This document shows positions 50,165 through 64,000 of a stretch of DNA of 64,000 nucleotides, piece after piece; position 1 is the first letter of the stretch; the number at the start of each line of letters is the position of its first letter. A program made the translations under genes and the position numbers. Below the pieces are notes generated by a model, which ran no database searches, was not told the DNA's origin, and saw only the letters and a list, made by a program, of their open reading frames with translations. Origin of the DNA: Eledone cirrhosa (Eukaryota); NCBI GenBank assembly GCA_964016885.1, contig OZ024742.1, positions 296,918,001-296,982,000 of the forward strand, read 5' to 3'.

Positions 50165-50242
50165 TACCCATCTTCCGGCTTCTCTGGAGAATTGTAAAAG
50201 CACATATCGTTATATGCTTTTTCAGACTGACCAGAATATGTA

Positions 50243-50403
<161 letters not shown>

Positions 50404-50855
50404 CTATGCATGCTTTTATATATGTGTGTATGGATATGTATGTGCATATGTGTGTATATATATATATCTATATATCTGTGTGTGTATATACATGTGTGCG
50501 TATGTATAGAGAATTTTGTGTTTGTATGTATGTGTATGTATGTGTATACCCTCTTTTTATATATGTGTGTGTGTTTGTGCGTACATATATGAGTGCATAT
50601 ATATCTGTGTACATGTGTGTGTATGTATTTATGTGTCTGTTCGTATTTCCATGTAGACGCAAATACGCTTATGTGAGAAAGTATACGTCTACGTACTATT
50701 TTGTATAAGCGCGTGGTTGAGTGTGTGTATGTTTATGTTCAGGATATTTATTTATATATTTTTCCCCCTAAATTCTTTTTGCCTTTTTTTTTCAGCCTCA
50801 CTTTCATATATCCTAAATCTGGTTTGCAAATGCATATTTAATAAGAACACCATGT

Positions 50856-50914
50856 TCATTCTGACGACTGAAGACAGATATAACATCTGCCTTCAAGAAA
50901 CCACTGGTAAATGA
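50856..50914 (+). ncRNA. Type I hammerhead ribozyme in pLTR (~50700-50946)
   Basis: tcatt CTGACGA ctgaag-acagat..atctg-ccttcaa GAAA ccactgGTA aatga. Confidence 0.78.
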
Positions 50915-50941
50915 AATAATTATCTTATGTTGTTTATTACG

Positions 50942-51024
<83 letters not shown>

Positions 51025-51111
51025 GGTGTTGTATGCTTAAAGTGTCCGTATGCGGTAGGCCGTATTAGCAGAGTATGATAATATAGAAAAAAATCTGCTT
51101 CATAGAATTGA

Positions 51112-51206
51112 GACGTAACTGAGGACCGCGCGATTTCAGAGTCAGGTTTGATCACCACATCGATCGTGCCTCGAGCTGGTCGCCCGAGAAACAATTGTAA
51201 TATGTC
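51112..51206 (+). ncRNA. Hammerhead-like motif with long stem II in solo pLTR (~51021-51250)
   Basis: gacgtaa CTGAGGA ccgcgcga...tcgcccga GAAA caattGTA atatgtc. Confidence 0.62.
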
Positions 51207-51253
51207 CAATAAATTCCTTTCGTCGCAACACTGATTCTATTTTTTCTGTCATA

Positions 51254-51336
<83 letters not shown>

Positions 51337-51344
51337 TATATATA

Positions 51345-51630
51345 TCATCATCATCATCCTCACCATTTTATGTCCATTCTTCTATGCTAGCATGGGTTAG
51401 TTAGATGGGTTGTCCTGTTGTGGGCAGTGCCAGGTCGGGTGACTTCGTCATGCTCATACGGGAACTGATTTTGACTTGATTTCTACAGCTGGGTGCCCTT
51501 CCTAACACCAACCTCATTTCCATTGGGTACTGGGTGCTTTTTTACTGTGGCACCTACATGATCACTTTACAGTGTGGGCTGGGTACTTTTTTGTCATGAC
51601 ACCTTCACGACCGCTTTGCAGTAGGACGGG
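51345..51630 (-). mobile_element. SINE with ~50-bp units and RTE-type tail
   Basis: Homologous to 19501-19760. Confidence 0.7.
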
Positions 51631-51639
51631 GTGGGGTCA

Positions 51640-52097
51640 TATTGTCTATTTGCTTCAGCTTCGGCTTGTACCCATGGGAAGTCGAGTCTTTTGCATTGCT
51701 GCATGACGCCAGAGGTCACAGTCCTGTGTCATCGCTTTTGAGAGGTTCAATTGGGCAAGGTCAGCTTTTATCAAGGCCTCTAGCGACTTTTAGTGCTCTG
51801 TACCTTTTTATGCAGCTGTCATCCTTCATACAAATCATATCCATACCAACGCAACCTCCTCTCCTGCACACAACATTTTATTCCACTTATGCTCAGTCTC
51901 TCGTTAATGCTTTGCCGTTCGTGTATATTACTATTACACATCCATTGGAGCATTCAAGCTTCGTTTCTTTCTAATCTACGCACCCTGGTCTCACTACCAG
52001 GTAATATTGTTGTTTGTATGCACGCATCATACAGTCTGTCTTTCATTTTGAGGGAAAAGCCTTCTGCAGCTAGCAGTGGTAGTAGTCCCTTGAACTG
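51640..52097 (-). mobile_element. Diverged RTE fragment related to family A
   Basis: LLPLLAAEGFSLKMKDRLYDACI..GSET..RRLERNEA. Confidence 0.8.
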
Positions 52098-52100
52098 AAA

Positions 52101-52140
<40 letters not shown>

Positions 52141-52251
52141 TATTCCATTGTAGCCTGACCTCCATACATAGATGCATGCATATATACATATAAACACACA
52201 TATATACTTTTACACACACACATACATACATACACAGATGCATACACACAG

Positions 52252-52333
<82 letters not shown>

Positions 52334-52944
52334 CACACACACATATAAATTATGTTCCAATGAATGATATTAATTGCCAGTCTGTATGTAGCTATTAAAT
52401 AAATAATCTTATTGCTTATAAATCAAGTATAGAGGCATTAATAACAAAACTAAAAACCCCGCAAAAAATCACATCAAAGATGGAAATAACCCTGGAATAG
52501 AGATGAACTAATCAGCAAAATTATTGTGATGTTATTTAGAAACCATTAAATGAAGTTACATTGACAGTCTTATGACATCAGGTGTGGAATAATCAACGAT
52601 AACATAATTTGATAACTTTGATGCAAACATGAAAATGATTTGATTCAATTAAAGTAAGCATACATACGTCTAAGATTAATTTTGTAGGCAGTAGTATAAG
52701 CTGTCTTTACCAATAGCTGATAATTTGTTATAATAAGCATTAGAAGTTCTAAATTCATCAATTCATCATTTTGTTTTAAGCAAAAGGAAGTAATAATTTT
52801 ATTTGTTTATTTATTTATTTAAGTTTTTTTTTCGTGCAATGGCCATACTTGGTAATGAGGGGGCAGCCATCATGTATGTATGCATGTGTGTATGCATGTG
52901 TGTATGCATGTGTGTATGCATGTATGATTGTGTATGGTTTGATG

Positions 52945-53240
52945 GTGGCTGATTGGGAGATAGAAGCTCTTGAAAGAGAAACTTGGCATGGAATGGTGAA
53001 TGATGGGGTCCATGATTTTGAGGACAGACGCATGGAGCATGAGAAGATCAAACGGGATGTGCATAAGCAATGCCCTGGTGTATCTCTCGAAATGATCGGT
53101 GTCTCCATTGAATTGAAGTGTCCTGAGAATGGAAAAATTTGCTTGAGCAAATCTGGTCTCAGGAGCCACAGTTCAAAGCCATGTTCAAAGAGAACCAGTG
53201 AACCATGATCTCCACAGTATTGCGAAGGTTCACAGGCAAC
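52945..53240 (+). mobile_element. 3' end of an RTE-1/BovB-like LINE ORF (C-terminal zinc-finger remnant)
   Basis: WEIEALERETWHGMVNDGVHDFE...CPENGKICLSKSGLRSH. Confidence 0.65.
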
Positions 53241-53548
53241 CTGATGTAAGACCTGAGGCCAGGGAGATCCATAATTGTTGTCAGTGTGCGAAGGGGTGCA
53301 AATCTCTAGCAGGTTTGAAAAACCATATCCGAGCATCACACATCTGAATCTGACAAGCGATTTCAATACTCTTAGCAGAGTTTGCAGCCATCATGTATGT
53401 GTATGCATGTGTGTATGGTTTTCTGGTGTTTGTTATTTTATAAAATTTTACCAATAGATAGAGTCGGTTTCTAGCATAGACACAAGACTCTTTCATTGGA
53501 ATTTAGACAAAATGAACTAGGTAAATATGTATGTATGCATACACGTGT

Positions 53549-53584
<36 letters not shown>

Positions 53585-54314
53585 AGGTATGGATGTTATT
53601 GTATGTGTTGTTCTGTATGTTTTGAATAATATGTGTACATGTGCATATGTTTTGTATCTGTACATGTGTATATATGCAGTTATTACGGGGAGAGTTTTGG
53701 GAATGTTTTACATATTTAAGTTTCTGTAGCTACAACTAAAGACACTTTGTTTACATTTCTTGTTGTTGTTTTTCTTCAGTTCTCCACTAATATTGTTGAT
53801 GTTGATGTTGTGTTCATCCATGCTGCTTGTAGCAAATCTTTGTAAAATGTATTTCGTATTTAGTTGGATATCTCTACGAATTTGAATGTCTTCAGTGAGT
53901 ATAATTAGAAGAATATCCAGTTATTCAACAAAGCTGGTAGTTGTGGCATTACTATCGGAGATAGTATTCATCTTAAATTTTATGTATAGACTACCATGCC
54001 AATATATGCAACTGATCGCATTATGTGTATGTATGTGTGAGTGTGTGTGAGTGTGTATGTGAGTGTGTGTGTATGTATGCCTGTTCAGATTTTTACCTGA
54101 CTAGACAGGAAGGGATGTGAAGTGATTTGCTCAAGAACACAACATCCCACAGCATTATAATCATGAAACCAAACACCCTAAACCACCTTTATACGGTACA
54201 ACAAGAAATAAACGTTTGAGACAAAAGAAAGAAAAGTAGCAATTGCATCATGGAAGAGTCAGTTTAACTATTAAAAAGCAGCACACGAAATCTGTTATAA
54301 TCACTTTTCATTAT

Positions 54315-54433
54315 TCTGAGTTCAAATCCCGCCGAGGTTAACTTTGCCTTTCATCCTTACAGGGTCGATAAAATAAAGTACCAGTAATACACTGGGTAAT
54401 TGCTGGCCTTGTGTCTAACGTAGAAACAATTAT
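54315..54433 (+). mobile_element. Nin/Deu-core SINE, 3' portion
   Basis: gagttcaaatcccgccgaggttaactttgcctttcatccttacagggtcgataaaataaagtacc. Confidence 0.75.
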
Positions 54434-54527
54434 TTAGAGGTCAGGGACAACCTCTCAGTCGCATTGAAAATGCATCTGACACCATAATATGAACAGAAAG
54501 AGAATGTAACAGAGAGAGAGAGAGGGA

Positions 54528-54610
<83 letters not shown>

Positions 54611-55140
54611 TTTGAGTGTATGTGTGTTTGTTTGTTTTATGAAAATGACTTTCCACAATATAATTGTTCAATACACAGTCTCAGATCAAGTCACTTGTTA
54701 GACAGGCACAAGTACAGAAAATGTAACAGATTTTAGATTTGAGCACTATATTTCCTTGCTGTATGCATTCCCTATGGACCCCTTGTTTAACAAATAAATA
54801 TTAATCTGTATAAAAATTATCTGGTCTTTCACACGCTTCTGCACACAGAAATGTGTGCCTGTATATGAAAGCATATTTATTTTTTACATTGGCATAAGTC
54901 CACATACTTCAGAGAAAGTTACTTGACTGGAGTAAATGCATATGGCTTAGTAGTTAGGTATTGGGCCTCTGATCATAATGTCAGAGGTTCATTTCCTGGA
55001 TTGGCTGAGAGGTTAGCTACATATACACAATGTTTGTTTACATTTAACAGTTGTGAATCTGCTATTTTACTTAAGACAATAAGAGTTGTCCTTGTTCCAT
55101 TACTTCATAGTTCAAAGAACCTCTTGTCTGCTATCTGGTA

Positions 55141-55204
<64 letters not shown>

Positions 55205-55208
<4 letters not shown>

Positions 55209-56468
55209 TCATCATCATCATCATCATTTTTCGTCCGCTTTTCTCTGCTTGCAAGGGTGGGATGGGTCCAATCCAGCACAGCATCTCTCCACTTGTCACG
55301 GTCCCTCGTCATCTCCTCCGTGAGCTTCAGCGATCTGAGGTCTGCTCTCACCACCTCCGCCCATGTTTTTCGTGGTCTTTCTCTGATGCGTCTTCCTTCT
55401 ACTGGGATTTCTTGGCACTTCTTTACCCAGCGGTCACTCTCCATGCACATCACATGTCCATACCATCTCAGTCGTCTTTCCTGCAGACCACAACATATCC
55501 CTCTCATACACCGTTTCTCTCTCAACTCATCTATACTTGGTCGTTCACGCACATTGACATTGCACATCCAACGGAGCATGCTTGCTCCATTTCTCTCAAG
55601 CCATTACATATCCTCTGTAGTTGCTGCCCATGTCTCACTACCATGCATCATATAACAGGCATCATATAACTGGCCTTTCATACGCAGGGGGAAATCCTTC
55701 TTTGTCAACAGAGGAAGCAACTCCCTAAACTTCTTCCAAGCCGTTCTTATTCTAGATACTATGGCCTTGGAACACCCCCCCTCCCATGCTAATCTGATCA
55801 TCTAGGTACTGGAAGCTATCAACCACTTCTATAGAACCCACCTGCATTTGAAAAATGTGACTATTACTGCGATTACCACTGTCAAATTTCCCTGTACATC
55901 TACTGCATACATAGTTTTCCCTAACTGTTAGTTTGCCTGATATCCCACTACATCTCTTGTGTACCCAAGATATGCATTGTGTACATTTTATAGAATTTAT
56001 GCCAGTTCCTTTTCTACATATCGAACATGGCCATTTCCCTGATGGAATCAGAGTTTTGTCCTCTTTTCTACTTATCAACATTTTTGTTTTAGCTATGTTC
56101 ACTCTCAGCCCTCTTGATTCCAACTGCTGTTTCCATAGCCAGAATTTCTTCTCTAGCTCCTCTACCGATTCTGCTATACGAACCAGATCATCAGCATAGA
56201 GGAGTTCCCATGGGCAGCCAGTTATAAACTCCTCTGTTATGGCTTGGAGAACTATAATGAACAAGAGCGGGCTGAGGACCGAACCCTGATGTACTCCTAC
56301 TTGTATCTGGAATTCCTCACTAAACTCCATTCCTACTCTCACTTTACTGACAGCATCTCATTACATAGCTTGCACTGTCCTCACAAGCCATTCCTCTACA
56401 TCTAGTTTCCTTGGGGAACACCAGATGACAAATCGGAGTATTCTATCAAAGGCCTTTTCTAGGTCTAT
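55205..56468 (-). mobile_element. 5'-truncated RTE family B LINE (RT with PHD insert, (GAT)n tail)
   Basis: DLEKAFDR, GVHQGSVLSPLLF, YADDL, KWPCSICRKG..CTQC.SWVHKRC..CSRC, RLRWYGHV, RPRKTW. Confidence 0.92.
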
Positions 56469-56469
56469 T

Positions 56470-56860
56470 AGGCCGGTTATATGATGCGTGTGCGAGGTGC
56501 ACGATGTTGCATGGTAGTGAGACATGGGCAGCAACTACAGACGATATGCGACGGCTGGAGAGAAATGAAGCAACATGCTCCGTTGGATGTGCAATGTCAA
56601 TGTGCGTGAACGACTAAGCATAGATTAGTTGAGAGAGAAACAGTGTATGAGAGGAATATGTTGTGGTGTGTGGGAGAGGAGACTGAGATGGTATAGACAT
56701 GTGATGCATATGGATGACCGATGGGTGAAGAAGTGCCAATAAATGCCAGTTGAAGGAAGCCGTAGTAAAGGAAGACCACAAAAAACATAGGCGGGAGTGG
56801 TGAGAGCAGATCTCAGATCGCTGAAGCTCTCGGTGGAGATGACGAAGGACTGTGACAAGT
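56470..56860 (+). mobile_element. RTE family B 3' fragment, head-to-head with the previous copy
   Basis: Diverged reverse complement of ~55290-55675. Confidence 0.85.
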
Positions 56861-56914
56861 ACAGAATGGCAACTAGGTACTAGGTACCCACGGAAATATA
56901 TATGGTGTCTATAA

Positions 56915-57082
56915 TAGTGGTTGTTCCATGGTACTAATTTGAGATACCAGAACTGTAAATATGAGAAGAGGTAAATATTTAAATCGTATTTTAATTTATT
57001 TAAAAGATTTGTTTAATATTTGCTTGTTCCGCTCATATTTACAGTTCTGGTATCTCAAATTAGTACCATAGAACAACCACTA
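56915..57082. repeat. ~50-bp inverted repeat
   Basis: tagtggttgttccatggtactaatttgagataccagaactgtaaatatgag with its near-exact reverse complement at 57032-57082. Confidence 0.85.
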
Positions 57083-57183
57083 TACCAGGAAACGAAGTTC
57101 TCGACGGCATAGCTCTGACACTACCAATTGCCACCGCCTTGCCACGTTGAGGAGGGGTTGGACTTTAGGGATCGGGATATATG

Positions 57184-57306
<123 letters not shown>

Positions 57307-57332
57307 GTATATATATATATATATTTACATAT

Positions 57333-59430
57333 ACCCCGATCCCTAAAGTCCAACCCCTCCTCAACGTGGCAGGGCGGTGGCAATGGGTAGTGTCAGAGCT
57401 ATGTCGTCGGGAACTTCGGTTCCTGGTAGGGCCACCCAAGGCGGATTGGTCTGGTACCCAGCAGTATTAGGGCGGAAACTCGGCAAAAGGGGCTCTGGTG
57501 AAAATCTAAGAGGGGTCTGTTCTGGCGGCTTCGGATTGTTTCTGTCCCTGCGTCTGTGGAGAATCTGCGGCAAACAGTACGCTCCCATGACACTTCTTTC
57601 ATAAATCCTACAAATACGAACTTTGAATACGAATTGCCTTCCCGCAACGAACGCAATGCAAAACAACAACTCTCCTATCGCTATGACTCTACAGACGGCT
57701 CTCGCAGTAGTCCCGCTCTTCAGACGAAGGAAGGAATTGAGGGTGGCGCACTGGAACATCCGAACACTTCGTGACGACGGTGTCCAGGCACTTACAATGA
57801 AGGCTCTGCACAGGTACCGTGTTAGTGTCGCTTGCCTTTCAGAAGTTCGACTTCCCGATGTTGGTCATCTTCCAATCAAAGTTCCTGGCGAGAAAATCTC
57901 CTACCACTTGTACCAAAGTGGCGTGACTGACAACAGTGTCCTTCACGGGGTCGCTGTAACGCTCAGCCCCGACGCGCAAGCAGCTCTGCTGGCGTGGAAG
58001 CCGATCTCACACCGACTCACGCTGGTTCGATTGAAGGGTCAAATCTCCAACGTCACGTAATTGCCGTCTACGCTCCCATACTCAATGCGGACGAGGCGGA
58101 CAAGACGCAGTTATATGCCGATCTCCAAACAACCGTGGATAGCGTCCCCTCCAGTGATGTTCTCATGGTTCTAGGGACTGGAATGCGCGGACAGGGCCGG
58201 CTAATGATACAACACGGCATATTCTAGAACGCTTCGCCCTAGGCGTACGCTGTGACAATAGTGAACAGCTCGTATCCTTCGCGGATGCCATCGTCTTATC
58301 GTCACCAACATCCAGTTCCAACATCCTCGGTTTCACCTCGTCACGTGGCGATCCAATGACGGAAAACGTCCAATCAGACTACATCCTGGTCAGATCTCGT
58401 AATGAAGTGGAACGGCAACCGGAGCCGGAGTGGAACGCACTCAGGGTGGCGACGGTTGAGGTGGCCAGGGAGAATCTCGGGTCAACCCAAAGACGCCATC
58501 AGCACTGGATTTCCGACTGCACTCTTGAACTTGCGGAGAGGGCGAGAGTGGCCTGACTCGAGGGTGAACCCAATCTTCGAGATCTCCGACATCGCACATC
58601 TCGGGCTATTCGGGCCGATCGGAATGCACACTGGTGCGAATTTGTGGAGCAGAGCGAGAGGGCAGCAGCATGTGGTGACTCGCACAAGCTCTACCAACTG
58701 GTGAAGCGGGCCAGCCGAAGCAGTACGGGTATCAGCGAGATGATCCGTGATCGGAACGGAGCTGTCATTACCAATCTTAATGACCGGCTAGTCCGATGGT
58801 GGGACCATCTCTCCGAGCTGCTCAACCACCCGCCATCACCCACGCCAACCAACGTGCAGCCTTCCGGAGAAGAATACGGGTGCAGCGCTGCCCTTCCAAC
58901 GGTCGACGAGCTACGTAGTGTCCTGACACATCTCCGGAACAACAAGGCGCGGGCGAAGATGGCGTTCCAGCTGAAGTCTACAAGGCCGAGCCTGATGTCT
59001 TCGCAGCTTGGCTCCATCAAGTCTTCTCCTCGGTGTGGGCGATGGAGCGGTTCCCTGGTGACTGGAGCGAGCCAACTCTCCTACCCTTCTGCAACGGCGC
59101 TTGAGATGATTTGGTCACGCAGCCCGGCGCCCTGAGGGTGAGCTGATCCACGATGTTCTCCTCCCACCTCCACTCCCTAAATGGCGCAAGCGCGTTGGCG
59201 GGTGCTGAAGACCTGGGCAACGACGATCAAGGAGGACCTCTCCAAACTCTCAGGTCCGCAGGTGGTCGGCCTGCGCCGATGGAACCGTGAGTGGCTCGCT
59301 ATCTCCAGTGACCTAGCCCGGGACCGTCGTGCGTGGGCTGCCATGCTTCGGGATGCCGTCAGGACAAGGGAAGAAGCCGGCTCAACCTGTCCAGGGTGAA
59401 TGTCGACACAAGTACAAGTACAAGTAAGTA
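57333..59430 (+). mobile_element. Internally deleted RTE-clade LINE (family C): 5' UTR, APE remnant, 3' end, (CAAGTA)n tail
   Basis: [55 protein letters not shown]; tail caagtacaagtacaagta. Confidence 0.88.
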
Positions 59431-59448
59431 TATATATATATATATTTT

Positions 59449-59506
<58 letters not shown>

Positions 59507-59528
59507 TCTTTATGTATATATATATCTT

Positions 59529-59589
<61 letters not shown>

Positions 59590-59610
59590 TTATGTATATA
59601 TATATATATA
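59430..59610. repeat. (TA)n-rich microsatellite
   Basis: Direct reading. Confidence 0.95.
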
Positions 59611-62600
59611 CACATAAAGATATAATATACTTTAAGTGGTAGAGATATATGTGTGTATGTACATATGTATATTTATAAAGATTCACATTGGTGCAACCTT
59701 GTCTGCAATGTTATAAGTTTATAGGTGTATGTTTTTGTGTGTATAAGTCCACATAAAGCTATGTTGCATAATAATTCATCAAAATATCAAAGCTGATGCT
59801 ATATTTAACCCTAGACAAGGTGAGTGTACTCAATACCAATAAAGACAATATAGCATAGAGAAATCAATTTCCATTATGCTTGTATTTATTGAAATAAAGA
59901 AACGTCTATGTTTTCTGACATCAAGTTCAATAACCCTCACATGAAATTAACATTTTATGTAATAAGTAATATTATATACGTATAAGTTGATACGATAGAA
60001 GTCATCAAATAAACCATAATATTTAAGATGAGGTCAAGACACTACATTTTGAGGGTAAGCTCTTGCATATAATATTTTAAACTGAATAATTGCTATCATA
60101 AACCTAAAGTAGGTTTAAGAGTCAAACGTTTATAAATAGTTACTTGATTGATTATTATATACACATCTGGCGATGGATCATTCTTTGGTTTCAACGATGA
60201 GTATTCACTTGTTTAGTAAACTGAACGTCTGACATGGAAATTCATGTGTAACCTTTTTTGTGTTACATAGACCTGTGCACCCATATCATAATTTCAAAGC
60301 TGAATCAATATGATGCAGCATGCGATAAGGCATATAATATAAATATCTACCAGGACCTCATATTTGCAAAGCAAACTACTTAAACACCCAGCCATCCCTT
60401 TATAAGGACTGTAGCAGAGATAATAAACTTTTGGAGAACTGAAACAGTGATCAAAATTTGGTTTTTAGTTGAGCTATTTGAAAAGAAATGGTATAAAAGT
60501 ACAAATCAATGTTTAAAATTTTGTAAATATATTTTGTAGAATAATCAGTTTTTTTGACATGTTATTTGAATTGTGGTTATGTGATGGCCCACCAGCAAAA
60601 CAACATTTAGAACCAGGGAACGAACGATCAAATAATCATGTAAATGTATATAGTGTTGTTAATGAGTGAATAATTATCTTCTGTCTGTAGCCCTTAGTTT
60701 TGAATCTACTATATAGTAGAATATTTTTAATAAAGAACTTATCATTTCTCAAGGGATAATTCTGATCGTAAAAGGGTCAAACAATAGTTCTATTTTTCTA
60801 TTACCTGTTATGTCTAATGCAGTTAAAAATATTTTTAAAATATACATATAAAACATAACTGACATCAAAACTTGTGATCCAACAATGTTTTCATTAAAAC
60901 AACTCTTTATCAAGATATTTTGCATTTAACGATTTTTTCACTGTGCAACTTTTCATCAAAACGACTTTTTTTTTTTAATCAAACGTCTTTTTTTTTTTTT
61001 TCTTTTTTTTTTTATCAAAACTACATTTAATCGAAATGACCTTTTCTTGAAAATTCTTTTCTAAATACTATATTTCATAGAATATTTTTTTGTCAACAGT
61101 TTGTGATTGGTGACCCACCATGAAAAAGATATTATGATGCTGTGAAAAAGTGACTAAAGAACATTGTAAGAAGATTATAGTTTTAATGATTGAATAATTA
61201 ATTGTCTGTTCTCTGTTGCACATAACTTAATAACGTGGTGCAAGTAAATATTCTCAAATTCTGTCACTGTTTTGTTTTTAATCAATTTTTGATTGGTAAT
61301 TCTATTTTTAGTTTATTTTAAAATGATTCTGTATCTAAAATTATTGGACAAATTAATTATCATCAACATCTCCATCAACATTGTTATGCATACTTCCCTT
61401 GCTGGTGTGGGTTGAATGGTTTGTCCCCATTCAAGACCTTTTAACCACTCTGCCACACTGTGTAAACAACAACAACAAAACCCACAGCAGCACTTCCAGC
61501 AACCACATATTATTAATCACCCTTTAACACTCCATCCAAGTGATCTTTCTACACATCAATTGTATAGATTCTATAGATTGTCTCATTGATTTTTCATAAT
61601 AACTGGCTTCCCATTCTGCATTATTAGCTATGTTGACTTCACAATAGTCATTATATCTTCTTCAAGCATATTATGGATCTACATAAATGAAGCAATTCCA
61701 ACTGGACAGTAAACTTGGCTTGCTAAAATTTATGGCAGTTTGAATTAGGCTTACTAAAACTTTACATAACTCTTTCCCCCCACTACACACACTTTCCTTA
61801 TATCTCTGTTTGTATACATGCATACAGACTCATACACACACATACCCACACAAATATATATATGTGTATATTAGTGGCAACTTCTGAACTTGAGCTACTC
61901 AGGCTTAACATGAGTATATAACTGTGAGGTCTATCTATTTCAAATTGATAAGAAATGTCTCAAAATACTCATGTGAGCAAGATGTGGTCTCCTGACTTGA
62001 ATTGTCTCATAATGCAACAATCCAATTAAACCTTGCAACCATGGAAAAATAGATGTTGACTGATGATGAGGATGATGATGCTGAAATTTCCAACTGAACA
62101 ATTAAGAGTTTACTATTTGTCAAAGTATATAGCTTTGTTTTAAATTTATAACTTAAAATGTTGACTTAAATAAATTTTGCTGATAATAATATTGTTATCA
62201 TGGTCGGTTGGCATCTTGATCATGAGCCCGACTAACAAAGAATATATTTTGTTACAATTTCATAAAATAAAATGTTGGCTTAGATAGATTTTGTTGTTCA
62301 TAATGCTGTTTATATGAAGAAAGCTTTATGAAATACTAGCTGATTAACTTGTTGCTGCCATACAATTTACACTATAGAATGCCTTTCTTTCAATAGTTTT
62401 TATTCTATGTCAGATCATGTCTCTCCCTTGCCTTATTACTCGTTACTTGCTCCCCATGACTCCTCCCTATCATTCTCAAGGTGGTATCTATGAAATTTAC
62501 TCAGTGGAGCTGTATCTGTGTAGTATCTGTGGCTTGATGAGCCAAGTGATCTCTATGAGGGCAACTTTCTGCCTCATAGATAAAATAATGCTCGTTGTTG

Positions 62601-64000
62601 ATGGCAAGGATGTACAGAATAATAAGGTCATATTAAAGAAATGCATAAGACAATCAGTAAAAGCCAGAGTGCTTAAATTCTCACAGTAACAGTGATTGTT
62701 AGTGTTACTATTTTCTTTTGATAGTATTGCTATTTTCTTCTTTTTATGTTTATCTTTTATTCTTTACAGAATTATGAAACTTCATGTGTCTAAAAACCTC
62801 CTTGGGACACAGACTTTGAAAATCAAATCCACCTTTCTCTAAGATGCATCATTTTGGAGAGTTTTGGCAGCATACACATACATACACACATATATATACA
62901 TACACAAATATACATACAAACATGCATACAGACAGACTCTCTATTATATAGTGGATGTTGGAATGGTCCAATTTGGCCCAAGTCAGGTTTGGACTGAACA
63001 TCATGTTATCTTTTTGATCTGCTACACCTTATTATTGATCGCAGTAACAAATAGATACCTGTAACAAAAAAGACACACAAAAAGAAATAGTGTTGCTGCC
63101 CATTTATGTGAACAAATGTATGTGTTGGAAGATGATTGTGCATGTGTGTACCCATGTAACATTTATGTATGTGTGGGTTTCATATGTTTGCAAAGAAATG
63201 GTTTTAAAACAATCGATTAGTTTAGGTTAAGGTTATTTCCAATGTTAATGTAACTTATATTACAGTTAGCTGTATGTATGTAAATTGCTCTGTATTTCAC
63301 TTCAGTTATCTTTTTCCATTTCTTAGAGGGTTCTAAACTCCACTATCAGGCTAACATTTCTTTAGTCAAAAATATGATGAAAGCTTATATATATATATAT
63401 ATACGTATATAAGAAAGAGGGTGTGGTATGATACCAGGTGGATTATGACGCACCAAAGTACTCAATACTTAGGGTAGTGGAGGGGGTAATAGGAAAAGAG
63501 TCGAAATGGTCAGAGTTCAGCCATCGGGGTCCTGACTCTTTTCCTATATATGTATATATATGTGTGTGTGTGGGGGTATCTGCTTCTGTGCTTCTTCATA
63601 TTAATGTTCTGTGTAATCTGTTTGTGTGTAAATTGTATAAATTACTTTACCCTTCTAATGGGAAAGTATGAATTGTGGGATGTATAGTGTACTTTACAGC
63701 CAGTCGATTGGATGGTGTTTGTTTTCTTGCCACAACAACTATATTGGGTGCATGACAGTTAAGGCACAACAAAATTTCTTTTGACTACACAAATTTATTG
63801 TTGCATTTAAAATTAGGGAAGAAATTGTCTTCTCTATCAGTCCTCACCACACTAAATATTTTATCTGCAGCATGCCATAACTTTGTTAAATGTAAATAAA
63901 TGTAAATAAACTATAGATAACATGCTTAGAATTTAGTGCCCAACACTCGATTTTGTTTCATCACAATTTTCTTCATAATACTTTTGCCGAGAAACATTTG

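Larger units (their letters stand above)
49024..50223 (-). mobile_element. ORF-less tandem/inverted array of a ~470-bp hammerhead-bearing unit (retrozyme-like or pLTR multimer)
   Basis: Unit 49024-49493; direct partial copy 49494-49790; inverted piece 49791-~49942; direct partial copy ~49940-50223; (TA)n flanks. Confidence 0.8.

Overview
Repeat-dense, AT-rich, microsatellite-laden animal genomic DNA, most likely intronic or intergenic. An octopus/cephalopod origin is inferred from the SINE, RTE and Penelope complement; it is not prokaryotic. No host gene is confidently identified (only three weak exon candidates). The window holds: (i) several RTE-clade LINE copies from at least 3-4 families, two of which carry a C4HC3 PHD finger inside the RT; (ii) a full-length, decayed Tx1/L1-clade LINE (4417-10094) with an ordered set of consensus splice sites placing an acceptor just before each ORF's ATG; (iii) three Penelope-like elements (PLEs) with coding remnants plus many solo or rearranged pLTR fragments; (iv) R4-like and CR1 fragments, a mariner, a Chapaev-like DNA transposon, piggyBac-type MITEs, Nin-domain and RTE-tailed SINEs; (v) several fold-back duplications. 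The strongest signal missed by the ORF track is about 17 type I hammerhead ribozyme (HHR) motifs from about 10 sequence families, read by eye on both strands. Many have non-standard cores (U3-A8 swap, C.A or U.U at the base of stem II, long stem II inserts, palindromic stem III). One set lies in an ORF-less ~470-bp tandem/inverted retrozyme-like unit at ~49-50 kb. All calls come from visual inspection; no searches or folding programs were run.
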